NCBI RefSeq assembly: GCF_008189525.1
Contig: NZ_CP043314.1
Location: forward strand, 420,001 to 452,000
Source of the DNA: Candidatus Saccharimonadota bacterium
GTDB taxonomy: Bacteria > Pseudomonadota > Alphaproteobacteria > CAJXXZ01 > 1604HC
Length of the DNA stretch: 32,000 nucleotides
Direction: 5' to 3'
The position numbers and the translations under genes were made by a program. Under the pieces are notes generated by a model, which had not been told where the DNA came from, made no database searches, and worked only from the letters and a program-made list of their open reading frames with translations. The first letter of the stretch is position 1, and each line of letters opens with the position of its first letter. Positions 17,839 through 26,207 of this stretch are shown here, one piece after another.

Positions 17839-19368
17839 ATGAGTGAAATATGGAAATTAACATTAAAAGAAGTAAAAGATCTTTTGCATAATGGTGAAGT
17901 GTCTCCTCTTACTCTAGTTCATGAAATGTTTGAAAGAATAGAATCTCAATCTCATCTGAATAATTTTATAACAATTACTAGAGAACGTGCATTTAAATCT
18001 GCTGAAGAGAGTTGGGAAAGAATAAAGCAAGGAAATGCAAGAGCTTTAGAAGGAATTCCTATAGGAGTTAAAGATCTATATTGTGTAAAAAATGAAAGAA
18101 TGACATCAGCTTCTAATGTATTAAGAGATTTTATAGCACCATACGAATCACATGTAACTCAAAAACTCTGGAACCAAGGAGCTATTTGTTTAGGAAAATT
18201 GAATATGGATGAATTCGCAATGGGATCTTCAAATAACACAAGTGCTTTTGGTCCATCCTTCAATCCTTGGAATTACGACCAAAAACTAAGCCCTGGAGGA
18301 TCTTCAGGTGGAAGCGCTTCTGCAGTAGCTTCTGGATCTTGCTTTGCTGCTCTAGGAAGTGACACTGGAGGATCTGTAAGACAACCTGCATCCTTTTGTG
18401 GGATTGTAGGTTTCAAGCCATCTTATGGAAGATGCTCTAGATTTGGAATGACAGCTTATGCATCTTCTTTTGATCAAGCAGGAGTTTTTGCTAGAAATGT
18501 AGAAGATACAGCTATCATGATGAATAATATGATGGGATATGATCCAAAAGATTCAATGTCATGCTCTGAAAAACCCCCTACATTAGATATAAATAAATCC
18601 ATAAAAGGAAAAGTATTTGCTTATCCAAAAAATTGGATGGAAAACTTAGATAAACATATAATAAAAAACTGGGAAAATTGTTTACAATATTTAAGAGATG
18701 CAGGAGCAATAGTAAAACCAATAGAGCTTATGGATTTTGATTTTTATCTTTCAACTTATTACCTTTTGACAACATCAGAAGCTGCTTCTAATTTATCTAG
18801 GTACACAGGAGTATGTTATGGATCAAAGAAACAAGAATCTAACCCAAAATATAACGCAACTTTTGAACTTTTTGGCAAAGAAGTAAAAAGGAGAATATTA
18901 ATGGGAGTTCATAGTCTTTCTAGCAAAAATGAATGTGGTTATAAGTTAGGCCTTAAAGCAAGATCTATTATAAAAAATGATTTCATGAAAATATTTGAAG
19001 AATTTGATGCTATAGTTTACCCTTGCTCTCCTAGAGAGGCTTTTCCAGTAAATAAAGTTTTCGAAAACCCTACAGAATCTTATAAGGAAGATGTTTTTAC
19101 TGTTATACCTAATCTTATAGGATCACCAGCAATGTCTGTTCCTTCTGGATATGGTGGAAATGGCCTTCCTATTGGAATACATCTTATGTCCAAGCCATTT
19201 GATGAGCAAATCTTAATTTCTACAGCAATAGAAATAGAGAAAAGAGCAAATTTTGTAAATTATATTAAAAAATTCGAGAATGATATGAATGAAAATAATA
19301 ATTCAAAATCAGAAAACAGTAATTTAAGTAACAAAACAGATTCTCAATACAAAAAGGATGTGAAGTAA
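17839..19368 (+). CDS. gatA: Glu/Asp-tRNA amidotransferase subunit A
   Basis: 509 aa with the amidase signature GGSSGGSASAVASG...GSDTGGSVRQPASFCG and an AGGAGG RBS upstream. An N/S-rich C-terminal tail is present. Confidence 0.95.
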   Translation: MSEIWKLTLKEVKDLLHNGEVSPLTLVHEMFERIESQSHLNNFITITRERAFKSAEESWERIKQGNARALEGIPIGVKDLYCVKNERMTSASNVLRDFIAPYESHVTQKLWNQGAICLGKLNMDEFAMGSSNNTSAFGPSFNPWNYDQKLSPGGSSGGSASAVASGSCFAALGSDTGGSVRQPASFCGIVGFKPSYGRCSRFGMTAYASSFDQAGVFARNVEDTAIMMNNMMGYDPKDSMSCSEKPPTLDINKSIKGKVFAYPKNWMENLDKHIIKNWENCLQYLRDAGAIVKPIELMDFDFYLSTYYLLTTSEAASNLSRYTGVCYGSKKQESNPKYNATFELFGKEVKRRILMGVHSLSSKNECGYKLGLKARSIIKNDFMKIFEEFDAIVYPCSPREAFPVNKVFENPTESYKEDVFTVIPNLIGSPAMSVPSGYGGNGLPIGIHLMSKPFDEQILISTAIEIEKRANFVNYIKKFENDMNENNNSKSENSNLSNKTDSQYKKDVK

Positions 19369-20825
19369 TGATCTTAGATAATAAGGAAAATTCAACAAAG
19401 ACAAACCAAGGTTGGAAAATGGTAATAGGACTTGAGGTACATGCTCAAATAAACACTAAATCTAAACTGTTTTCTAGAGCTAGCACTTCTTGTGAAAAAC
19501 CTAACTCTGGAGTAGATATTCTAGAATTAGCCCTTCCTGGTGCTCTTCCTGTTTTAAATAAAGAATGCTTGTATAAAGGAATAACCTCAGGGCTTGCATT
19601 TGGAATGAAAATCAATGAAACATCTAGCTTTGATAGAAAACATTATTTCTACCCTGATCTTCCATCTGGATACCAAATAACACAATTTTACAGACCTATA
19701 GCTCAAGATGGTATTGTAAAAATCTGGGATGCAGAAGGAAACATAAAAGAAATAAGGTTAAACAGAATACACTTAGAAACAGATGCTGGTAAAAGTATTC
19801 ATAAAAATGGAAAGACATTAATAGATTTAAATAGAAATGGGATTCCTTTGATGGAAATAGTTACAGAACCAGATATTAGTACAGCCGAAGAAGCAGCATG
19901 TTTTTTCAGAATCTTACAAGCAACACTAAAAGCAATAGACACTTGTGATGGAAACATGGAAAAAGGCCAAATAAGGGCTGATGTAAATGTTTCTGTACAC
20001 AAATCAGGAGACCCACTTGGAACAAGAGTAGAAGTAAAAAACATAAACTCTGTAAGATTTATGAAAAAAGCAATTAATTATGAATTTGACAGACAAATTG
20101 CTTTATTAGAAAAAGGTGAGAAAATAAATCAAGAGACAAGACTTTTTGATGAAAATACATTCAAAACATCACATATGAGAGACAAAGAAGATTCTTCAGA
20201 TTACCGTTATATGCCAGATCCAGATCTTCCATGCTTTACTGTACAAAAAGAAGTTATAAATTCATTAGAATCTAGCGCTAAATTACCTTATGATATTTGC
20301 GATAAAATATCTAAACTAGGAGTAAAACACTCAGATGCATGGACTGTTGCAGAAAATCCGGTTTTGACAAATTTGTTTTTAGATATAGAAGAAAACTTTT
20401 CTACAAAAGGTAAAAAAATTCTTTTTAATTGGTTAATTGGTGATGTTTCTGCATATATAAAAGAAAATCAAAATACAGAAATAAACCCTATCTATCTTAA
20501 AAATATAATTGAAAAACTAGAGAGTAACTCTATATCCAGCAAGGTTGCTAAAGAAGTTTTCATAGAATCTATTAATAAAAATAAAAATCCACTAGAAATT
20601 ATAAAAGAAAATAATTTGGAACAAACTGACTCAATTGAAGAAGTAATGAAAGTTATAAATCAGGTCTTGGAAGAAAATCCAAAAGAACTTGAGTCTTATA
20701 AAAAAGGTAAAACAAATCTAGAAAAATTCTTTTTAGGTCAAGCTATGAAAATCACAAAAGGTAGAATAAATCCTGTATTATTACAAACAGAACTCAAAAA
20801 AGAGCTTAGCAAACTAGCAACCTAA
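19368..20825 (+). CDS. gatB: Glu/Asp-tRNA amidotransferase subunit B
   Basis: 485 aa. Motifs: IGLEVHAQINTKSKLF, FDRKHYFYPDLPSGYQITQ, HLETDAGKS, NRNGIPLMEIVTEPD, and a YqeY-like tail. It overlaps the gatA stop (TAATG). Confidence 0.95.
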   Translation: MILDNKENSTKTNQGWKMVIGLEVHAQINTKSKLFSRASTSCEKPNSGVDILELALPGALPVLNKECLYKGITSGLAFGMKINETSSFDRKHYFYPDLPSGYQITQFYRPIAQDGIVKIWDAEGNIKEIRLNRIHLETDAGKSIHKNGKTLIDLNRNGIPLMEIVTEPDISTAEEAACFFRILQATLKAIDTCDGNMEKGQIRADVNVSVHKSGDPLGTRVEVKNINSVRFMKKAINYEFDRQIALLEKGEKINQETRLFDENTFKTSHMRDKEDSSDYRYMPDPDLPCFTVQKEVINSLESSAKLPYDICDKISKLGVKHSDAWTVAENPVLTNLFLDIEENFSTKGKKILFNWLIGDVSAYIKENQNTEINPIYLKNIIEKLESNSISSKVAKEVFIESINKNKNPLEIIKENNLEQTDSIEEVMKVINQVLEENPKELESYKKGKTNLEKFFLGQAMKITKGRINPVLLQTELKKELSKLAT

Positions 20826-21150
20826 TAAGATCAAAGACATGATCAAATTTAGAAGGAAAATTACAGGTAGTAAATTAAAATAGTAGGCATTTTATGATAA
20901 TACTTTATGAAAATTTATTAAAATTTCAATTTGTCAGTATATTCAGCACAGCTAGCTAAAATCATTAATTTAACCTACCTTTCCTCCTTAAAATAAATAA
21001 TTTCATTTTCAGTAAATTTTAATCTTCAGAATAACGGGTTTTAAGTAAAGAAAATCACAAAAACATATGAAAAATAGCCTAAAAATGTTTTTTTATATTG
21101 ACAAAAATTAAAAAAAAAGTGATCCTTATCTCAAGCTCTTAAAGTTTCGT

Positions 21151-21235
21151 GGAGGGATGGTCGAGTGGTTAAAGGCAGCAGGCTGTAAACCTGCCGACGA
21201 TTGTGTCTACGTAGGTTCGAATCCTACTCCCTCCA
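21151..21235 (+). tRNA. tRNA-Tyr (anticodon GTA), long variable arm, CCA not encoded
   Basis: Folded by hand. Acceptor GGAGGGA/TCCCTCC plus discriminator A. Anticodon stem GCAGG/CCTGC with loop CT-GTA-AA. T arm GTAGG-TTCGAAT-CCTAC. It aligns closely with E. coli tRNA-Tyr. Confidence 0.95.
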
Positions 21236-21243
21236 TTTATCAA

Positions 21244-21318
21244 GCGGGCGTAGCTCAATGGCTAGAGCACCAGCCTTCCAAGCTGGGGACGTGGGTTCGA
21301 CTCCCATCGCCCGCTCCA
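21244..21318 (+). tRNA. tRNA-Gly (anticodon TCC), CCA encoded
   Basis: Acceptor GCGGGCG/CGCCCGC, discriminator T, CCA. Anticodon stem CCAGC/GCTGG with loop CT-TCC-AA. T arm GTGGG-TTCGACT-CCCAT. Confidence 0.95.
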
Positions 21319-21356
21319 AATTACTTCTAGGAGCACATTAATTCACAGGAGAAAAG

Positions 21357-22568
21357 ATGGCAAAAGAAAAGTTTGAACGTAATAAACCGCATATTAATAT
21401 AGGTACCATAGGTCACGTTGATCACGGTAAAACAACAACAACTGCTGCTATTACAACAATTTTAGCAAACGAAAGCAAAAGTAACGAAGCTAAAAGCTTT
21501 GCAGAAATTGATAACTCACCAGAAGAAAAAAAGCGTGGTATTACAATTTCTACAACTCATGTAGAGTATGAAACAGAAGCAAGACACTATGCTCACGTTG
21601 ACTGTCCAGGACACGCAGATTATGTTAAAAACATGATCACTGGAGCAGCTCAAATGGATGGTGCTATTTTAGTTGTTTCTGCTACAGATGGTCCCATGCC
21701 TCAAACAAGAGAACATATTCTTCTTGCAAAACAGGTAAATGTTCCATACATAGTTGTATTCTTAAACAAGGTAGATTTAGTAGACGATGAAGAGCTTTTA
21801 GAGCTTGTTGAAGCAGAAGTTAGAGAACTTCTTAATAAATACGACTTCCCAGGAGATGATATCCCTATAGTCAGAGGTTCAGCTTTACATGCAATAAACC
21901 CTGATTCTTCTGCAGAACAGAAAAGCAAATCTGCTGAATCTATATTGAATCTGATGAAAGCTGTAGATGATTACATCCCTAACCCAGAAAGACCTATAGA
22001 CAAACCTTTCTTGGCTCCTATAGAAGATGTTTTCACAATCACAGGACGTGGAACAGTTGTAACAGGACGTGTAGAAACTGGTAACGTAAAAGTTGGAGAC
22101 GAAGTAGAAATTGTAGGAATAGTTGAAAAAACACAAAGAACTACAGTTACTGGAATAGAAGCTTTCAGAAAAGTTCTGGATGATGCTAGAGCTGGTGATA
22201 ACGCTGGATTCTTGCTTAGAGGAATAAACAAAGAAGATGTACAAAGAGGTCAGGTCTTAGCTAAACCTGGACATGTGACCCCTCATACAGAATTCCAAGC
22301 AACTGTTTATATTCTTAAAAAAGAAGAAGGTGGAAGATCCACTCCTTTCTTTGGAAACTACAGACCTCAGTTTTACTTTAGAACAACAGATGTTACAGGA
22401 AAGATAGAATTGCCAGAAGGAGTAGAAATGGCTTCTCCTGGTGATGACATTAAGGACATTAAGATCACTTTAATCTCTCCTATAGCTATGGAAGACAACC
22501 TAAGATTTGCTATCAGAGAAGGTGGTAAAACTGTAGGTTCTGGTGTTATTACCAAAGTCATCAAATAA
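21357..22568 (+). CDS. tuf: Elongation factor Tu
   Basis: 403 aa. Motifs: [47 protein letters not shown], and the C-terminal [20 protein letters not shown]. An AGGAG RBS is present, and the gene starts 38 nt after tRNA-Gly (tufB-like tRNA-tuf unit). Confidence 0.98.
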   Translation: MAKEKFERNKPHINIGTIGHVDHGKTTTTAAITTILANESKSNEAKSFAEIDNSPEEKKRGITISTTHVEYETEARHYAHVDCPGHADYVKNMITGAAQMDGAILVVSATDGPMPQTREHILLAKQVNVPYIVVFLNKVDLVDDEELLELVEAEVRELLNKYDFPGDDIPIVRGSALHAINPDSSAEQKSKSAESILNLMKAVDDYIPNPERPIDKPFLAPIEDVFTITGRGTVVTGRVETGNVKVGDEVEIVGIVEKTQRTTVTGIEAFRKVLDDARAGDNAGFLLRGINKEDVQRGQVLAKPGHVTPHTEFQATVYILKKEEGGRSTPFFGNYRPQFYFRTTDVTGKIELPEGVEMASPGDDIKDIKITLISPIAMEDNLRFAIREGGKTVGSGVITKVIK

Positions 22569-22589
22569 GCTTACAAAATAAGCTTGTTT
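22563..22589 (+). terminator. Weak hairpin overlapping the tuf stop codon
   Basis: AAATAAGCTT-acaaaat-AAGCTTGTTT forms up to 10 bp including one G-U pair, with a 7-nt loop. The T residues sit inside the 3' arm rather than forming a free U-tract, so terminator function is doubtful. Confidence 0.25.
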
Positions 22590-22821
22590 AAAAAACATAC
22601 TGAGCATACGCTCTAAAAAAATTTCTTATAATCATATTTTTAAACTTAAGATTTACACAATAAAAATCTTTATAGAAAAAAAATTAAAATACATTTATCT
22701 TTTCTATTAAATAATTTATAGAAATCTTATAAGAATAATTATGATCTAACTTTTATATCTGTTTTAATTTATGTAAATTTAAACATTTGTATTGTATTCA
22801 TTTCTACAAAACATAACACTG

Positions 22822-22840
22822 AAGAAAGAAATTCTTTCTT
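22822..22840. repeat. Perfect 9+9 bp inverted repeat AAGAAAGAA-a-TTCTTTCTT
   Basis: Read directly, inside the ORF-free tuf-rpmA tract. Confidence 0.6.
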
Positions 22841-23913
22841 AATATATAAACATTGTTGTAAGCTTTGAAAATCATTTTATTACATGGACCACCCTTCTCA
22901 ACTTTTATTATATTTAGTTAAATAAATCCTTATATATGTATGATAAAGAGGAAATGAGCTAGAAAAAGATTAGGAACAAAATTCACTAATAATAAAAAAT
23001 TAAAATCTAAAATTGAAAAATTTTAAACATTACATGCTTATTATCTATTCTCACAAGCAAACTAACATAAATCTATTTTTAAGATTAAAATTAGTTTTTA
23101 TAGAATATATATGAGAGAGTTACTAATAAAATCAATAGAGTAGTCAACTGTGATATTGTTTTAAACGGATAGTATAATGATTAAGATCCTATAATAACTA
23201 TAAAGCATGAATAAGAGTAATTTAATTTAAAAATATATAAATAAGGCTCTAATTTTTGTAAAAAACAAAGAAATATTTAAATCAATAACTTTATGAAAAT
23301 ATCTCAATAAATAATTGTATAATATGAAATATAATATCTTTTTGTTTGATTAAGCATGTTCAAATAAAGATTTCTTATACAACAAGAAATAAATCTATAT
23401 AAACTCTAAGCTAGTGAAAAAACTAATAATAACAAGTTCAAATATTTCCATATATGAAAAAAAATTATGTATATAAAAATATTACAGGAAGTGTCCTATC
23501 TTAAATGCCAAATATCTATAAACATATGTCTTTAAATCTGTAAAATACTTTTACCAAAGCATATAGATAATCATAATATTATTGATATTAATCATTAGGA
23601 TGTTTTGATAAATTACTATAAACATTCTCAAAATATACTTTTATTTTAAAAGTACAAAAAATCTGTAGAAAAAACTTATTGCCTATGTTGTAATGAGCAA
23701 TTGCTTTGGATTTAAAACTAAAGCTAGAAAAAAAATTACATAATCACTAGTATTACTCTTATAAAAAAATCTTAAAGTAAGAAAGAAAGATTGTAAAAAA
23801 TTAATAATTACTTTAAAGAAAGAAACTAAATCAAATTTAATATATATAACAAAACAGACAAATTTATAAACAAATTTCTCTGACTATAAAAAAATAAAAT
23901 ATAATTTAAAGAC

Positions 23914-24165
23914 TTAAACTCTATTTACTGAAATTATTTTTCTACCTCTTTTTGTAGAAATTTTTACCAAACCGTCCACTTTAGAGAAAACTGTATGATC
24001 TCTTCCAATTCCGGTATTTTCACCAGAAAAAAATCTGGTTCCTCTTTGTCTTAAGATTATAGCACCTGATCTTACTTTTTGGTCACCAAAAATTTTAAAT
24101 CCTAATCTTTTACCTGCCGAATCTCTACCGTTACGCGTACTACCACCCGAACCATGATATGCCAT
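23914..24165 (-). CDS. rpmA: 50S ribosomal protein L27
   Basis: 83 aa. Motifs: [39 protein letters not shown]. An AGGAG RBS is present. Confidence 0.92.
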   Translation of the reverse strand: MAYHGSGGSTRNGRDSAGKRLGFKIFGDQKVRSGAIILRQRGTRFFSGENTGIGRDHTVFSKVDGLVKISTKRGRKIISVNRV

Positions 24166-24221
24166 GAAAAACTCCTCTCAATTTTATAAAAAAAACTTCT
24201 TATAAAAACAAACTAGAATGC

Positions 24222-24521
24222 TTAAGATTTTTTATTAAGCTCGATTATCTTTACTAAAGTAAAATCTTGTCTATGATTTTTGCTTCTCCTGTAATTATGT
24301 CTTCTTTTCTTTTTGAAAACAGGGATTTTATCTCCTCTGAAGCTTTTTACAATTTCTGCCTTAACTTCGACGTCTCTAGTAAATTCAGATTCATCCCACC
24401 CCATAACACAATCTAAATTCAAAGTAGAACCAGGCTCCAAATCAATTTTATCACAAATTATTTTTTGCCCTGCTTCAACTACATACTGGTGTGATCCAGA
24501 TTTTACTATTGCAAAGTCCAT
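24222..24521 (-). CDS. rplU: 50S ribosomal protein L21
   Basis: MDFAIVKSGSHQYVVEAGQKI matches the L21 N-terminal consensus (MYAVI.tGGKQykV..G). The basic tail is KKKRRHNYRRSKNHRQDFT. The maximal ORF starts 8 codons earlier (ATG 24545), but that extension (MINKHNHC) has no L21 counterpart. Confidence 0.9.
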   Translation of the reverse strand: MDFAIVKSGSHQYVVEAGQKIICDKIDLEPGSTLNLDCVMGWDESEFTRDVEVKAEIVKSFRGDKIPVFKKKRRHNYRRSKNHRQDFTLVKIIELNKKS

Positions 24522-24527
24522 ACAGTG

Positions 24528-24556
24528 ATTATGTTTATTTATCATTAATATGTCAA
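24528..24556 (-). promoter_or_regulatory. Sigma70-like promoter TTGACA-N17-CATAAT ending 6 nt before the preferred rplU ATG
   Basis: The minus strand reads TTGACA (24551-24556), a 17-nt spacer, CATAAT (24528-24533), CACTGT, then ATG (24519-24521). The -35 element is half of the 12-bp palindrome GTCAATATTGAC (24552-24563). Confidence 0.4.
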
Positions 24557-24657
24557 TATTGACTAAATTATTTTAAGTAAAAATAAGCACTTTATTGAAG
24601 AAAAAGGAAACAAAACAAACTAAAATTAAAAAAATTTAACATTTAACAAGAATAAAA

Positions 24658-25299
24658 CTACAAATGCGCAAATATATCCATATCATGCCATCCTGCACAA
24701 TCCAGCCTTACTATACTTTCCAAAAAGTCAAAACATTTTTTAGCGAGCTCTATTCTACCCTCTCTCACAAGTATTTCATTTAGATTTTCTTGAATCTGAT
24801 GTAAGTATAAAACATCTCCAGCTGCGTATTGTTTTTGTGCTTCTGTTAGGATATCTGCACCCCAATCAGAAGATTGCTTTTCTTTTGGTATGTCTATTGC
24901 CAGGAATTCTCTGCAAATAGTTTTAAGACCATGCCTTTCGGTATAAGTTCTAGCTAATTTCGAAGCCAACTTAGTACAGTAAATTGGGTTAGCCATAACA
25001 CCAAATGCATTGTAAAGCATAGCCATATCAAACCTTCCAAAATGGAATAATTTTTCTATATTTTCATCTTTTAACAATCTCTGAATATTTTTAGCTTCCT
25101 TTTGACCCTTCTCTATCTGTACAAGGTGACAAAATCCATCATTAAAGCATATTTGAATTAAACAAATTCTATCCCTGTATATATGTAGTCCTGTTGTCTC
25201 AGTATCTATTGCAACTGAATTCCCAAAAATCAAATCATCTGGAAGATCTCTTTTATGAACTAATATAGTAGTATTATGAATAGAATGAAATTTATGCAT
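24658..25299 (-). CDS. rnd: 3'-5' exonuclease, small RNase D-like (DEDDy family)
   Basis: 213 aa. Motifs: VAIDTETTGL (ExoI), KLFHFGRFDMAML (ExoII), YAAGDVLYLH (ExoIII with Tyr). Confidence 0.75.
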   Translation of the reverse strand: MHKFHSIHNTTILVHKRDLPDDLIFGNSVAIDTETTGLHIYRDRICLIQICFNDGFCHLVQIEKGQKEAKNIQRLLKDENIEKLFHFGRFDMAMLYNAFGVMANPIYCTKLASKLARTYTERHGLKTICREFLAIDIPKEKQSSDWGADILTEAQKQYAAGDVLYLHQIQENLNEILVREGRIELAKKCFDFLESIVRLDCAGWHDMDIFAHL

Positions 25300-25388
25300 A
25301 ATAAAAACTTATCACATAAGCATATAAAATAGAAATATAAACATTAGGCAGCACTAAAATAAGGTAATCCTAAATAATTTAAATGTGA

Positions 25389-25811
25389 TTAATTTTTTGT
25401 CTCTGGAAAGAAAATGATATTACTCGATTTTTCTTTTTCATCTTCAGATTCTGGAATTTCTTTTCCTTCAAAATCAGGGCTTATATTTACACTAAAGTTC
25501 TCAGATGGATCAGTTATACTTGTTATAGCTCTAAATGGAATTGAGATCTGCTCTTCTTTGTCGAAAGTCATTTTTACTGAAAAATAATCTTTAAAAACTT
25601 GCAATTCAGAAAATTCATACTGCATAACCAAGATCATTTCTTTTGGATATTTAATTCTTAAATACTCAGGTATAACAACATCTTTATGAAATGTCACAAA
25701 ACTGATATACAAATGCTGATCACCTTTCAAGCCTTCTAAACAAATACTTCGCATCAACTTTCTTACCATGCTTCTGAAGCAAATATTTAACTCAGATTTA
25801 TAGTCAATCAT
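25389..25811 (-). CDS. sspB: ClpXP adaptor SspB (alpha-proteobacterial type)
   Basis: 140 aa. GDQHLYISFVTFHKDVVIPEYLRIKYPKEMILVMQYEFSELQV..DYFSVKMTF....ISIPFRAITSITDPSENF tracks the Caulobacter SspB-alpha pattern as I recall it (GDHHFYITFRT...LL.KYPDEMTIV.QHQ.W.L.V....F.V.L.F......VP..A...F.DPS..F). This is followed by an acidic linker and a short hydrophobic tail (IIFFPETKN), consistent with a ClpX-binding tail. An AAGGA RBS is present. Confidence 0.7.
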   Translation of the reverse strand: MIDYKSELNICFRSMVRKLMRSICLEGLKGDQHLYISFVTFHKDVVIPEYLRIKYPKEMILVMQYEFSELQVFKDYFSVKMTFDKEEQISIPFRAITSITDPSENFSVNISPDFEGKEIPESEDEKEKSSNIIFFPETKN

Positions 25812-25821
25812 TAAATTCCTT

Positions 25822-26135
25822 CTAAGGGATTTCTGTTGCTAGGCATCCCTCTAAACCTCTACTTAAGCAACTGCAACTGCAGGTGCAAAAGAAGTCCTAT
25901 TGAAGTTAGCAGGACTCATGCTACTGTTTTGATTTGCATTTAAATCAACGCTTTTTACGAAAACTAACGGACAAAAAACAGACTTTTAGGAGTACGTCGA
26001 TCCTATTTCATCCCCATAAACCATTCTATTTTCTACAAATGAAAGTACATTTTGGTGGAGATGTCGGGTACCGCCCCCGAGTCCGCTAAACTTATTGCAT
26101 CTGTTGTTTATTGTCATAGCTATGAAAAACATAGC
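25822..26135 (-). ncRNA. ssrA: Circularly permuted two-piece tmRNA precursor (ssrA): acceptor piece about 26053-26135, 37-nt intervening segment 26016-26052, coding piece about 25822-26015
   Basis: Minus-strand reading:
- The acceptor 3' strand is CATCTCC plus ACCA (26053-26063).
- It is preceded by GGAC and a T arm TCGGG-GGCGGTA-CCCGA (26064-26080).
- The 5' acceptor strand GGGGATG (26009-26015) lies DOWNSTREAM of the CCA end. It pairs 7/7 with CATCTCC, including a G3:U70 wobble (the alanine identity element).
- That strand is followed by the tmRNA-typical GGATCGACG.
- CTGTTTTTTGTC in the coding piece pairs (with bulges) with GACAATAAACAACAG in the acceptor piece, a P2-like helix.
- The tag frame starts GCA AAT (A-N).
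- The region is a GC-richer island in AT-rich DNA.
The outer boundaries are approximate. Confidence 0.85.
25863..25937 (-). other. tmRNA tag reading frame: ANQNSSMSPANFNRTSFAPAVAVA-stop (or a shorter ANFNRTSFAPAVAVA if resumption is at the in-frame GCT)
   Basis: GCA AAT CAA AAC AGT AGC ATG AGT CCT GCT AAC TTC AAT AGG ACT TCT TTT GCA CCT GCA GTT GCA GTT GCT TAA. The A-N-x-N start resembles the alpha-proteobacterial ANDN tag starts, and the C-terminus is hydrophobic and Ala/Val-rich. The 6-bp helix AGTCCT/AGGACT brackets the internal GCT AAC segment. Confidence 0.6.
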
Positions 26136-26141
26136 TTATGT

Positions 26142-26170
26142 ATTATAATTCAATAACTTTTAGTTGTCTA
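26142..26170 (-). promoter_or_regulatory. Sigma70-like promoter TAGACA-N17-TATAAT for ssrA
   Basis: The minus strand reads TAGACA (26165-26170), a 17-nt spacer, then TATAAT (26142-26147), which places a start near 26135. The plus strand carries an overlapping TATAAT (26144-26149) facing greA, but I found no good -35 for it. Confidence 0.45.
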
Positions 26171-26207
26171 ATAATTTAGACATTTTTTTAATTAACAGGA
26201 GATCAAA

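Noticed and set aside
19799-20044. 81-aa minus-strand ORF inside gatB
   Set aside because: It is antisense to the conserved GatB core.
20970-21000. The string CCTACCTTTCCTCCTTA, resembling a 16S rRNA 3' end (anti-SD), or on the other strand a strong AAGGAGG RBS
   Set aside because: There is no surrounding rRNA-like GC-rich sequence. On the minus strand the nearest ATG is about 17 nt from the SD and opens only a 15-codon frame.
21098-21126. TTGACA hexamer upstream of tRNA-Tyr as a tRNA/tuf promoter
   Set aside because: No acceptable -10 hexamer lies at 16-19 nt spacing (GATCCT/ATCCTT), so I cannot support a promoter call from sequence alone.
21701-22564. Four minus-strand ORFs inside tuf (up to 119 aa)
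   Set aside because: They are antisense to EF-Tu, the best-supported gene in the window. Their products are S/T/F-rich with no motif.
22569-23913. The idea that the ORF-free tract is oriC, or hides tRNA-Trp/secE
   Set aside because: There are only weak DnaA-box-like strings (at best 8 of 9 to a relaxed consensus) and no cluster. There is no GC-rich tRNA-like island (no GGTTCGA-type T-arm) and no small ORF with an RBS. It is kept as an unexplained region in the findings rather than as a called feature.
24313-24528. 71-aa plus-strand ORF inside rplU
   Set aside because: It is antisense to L21.
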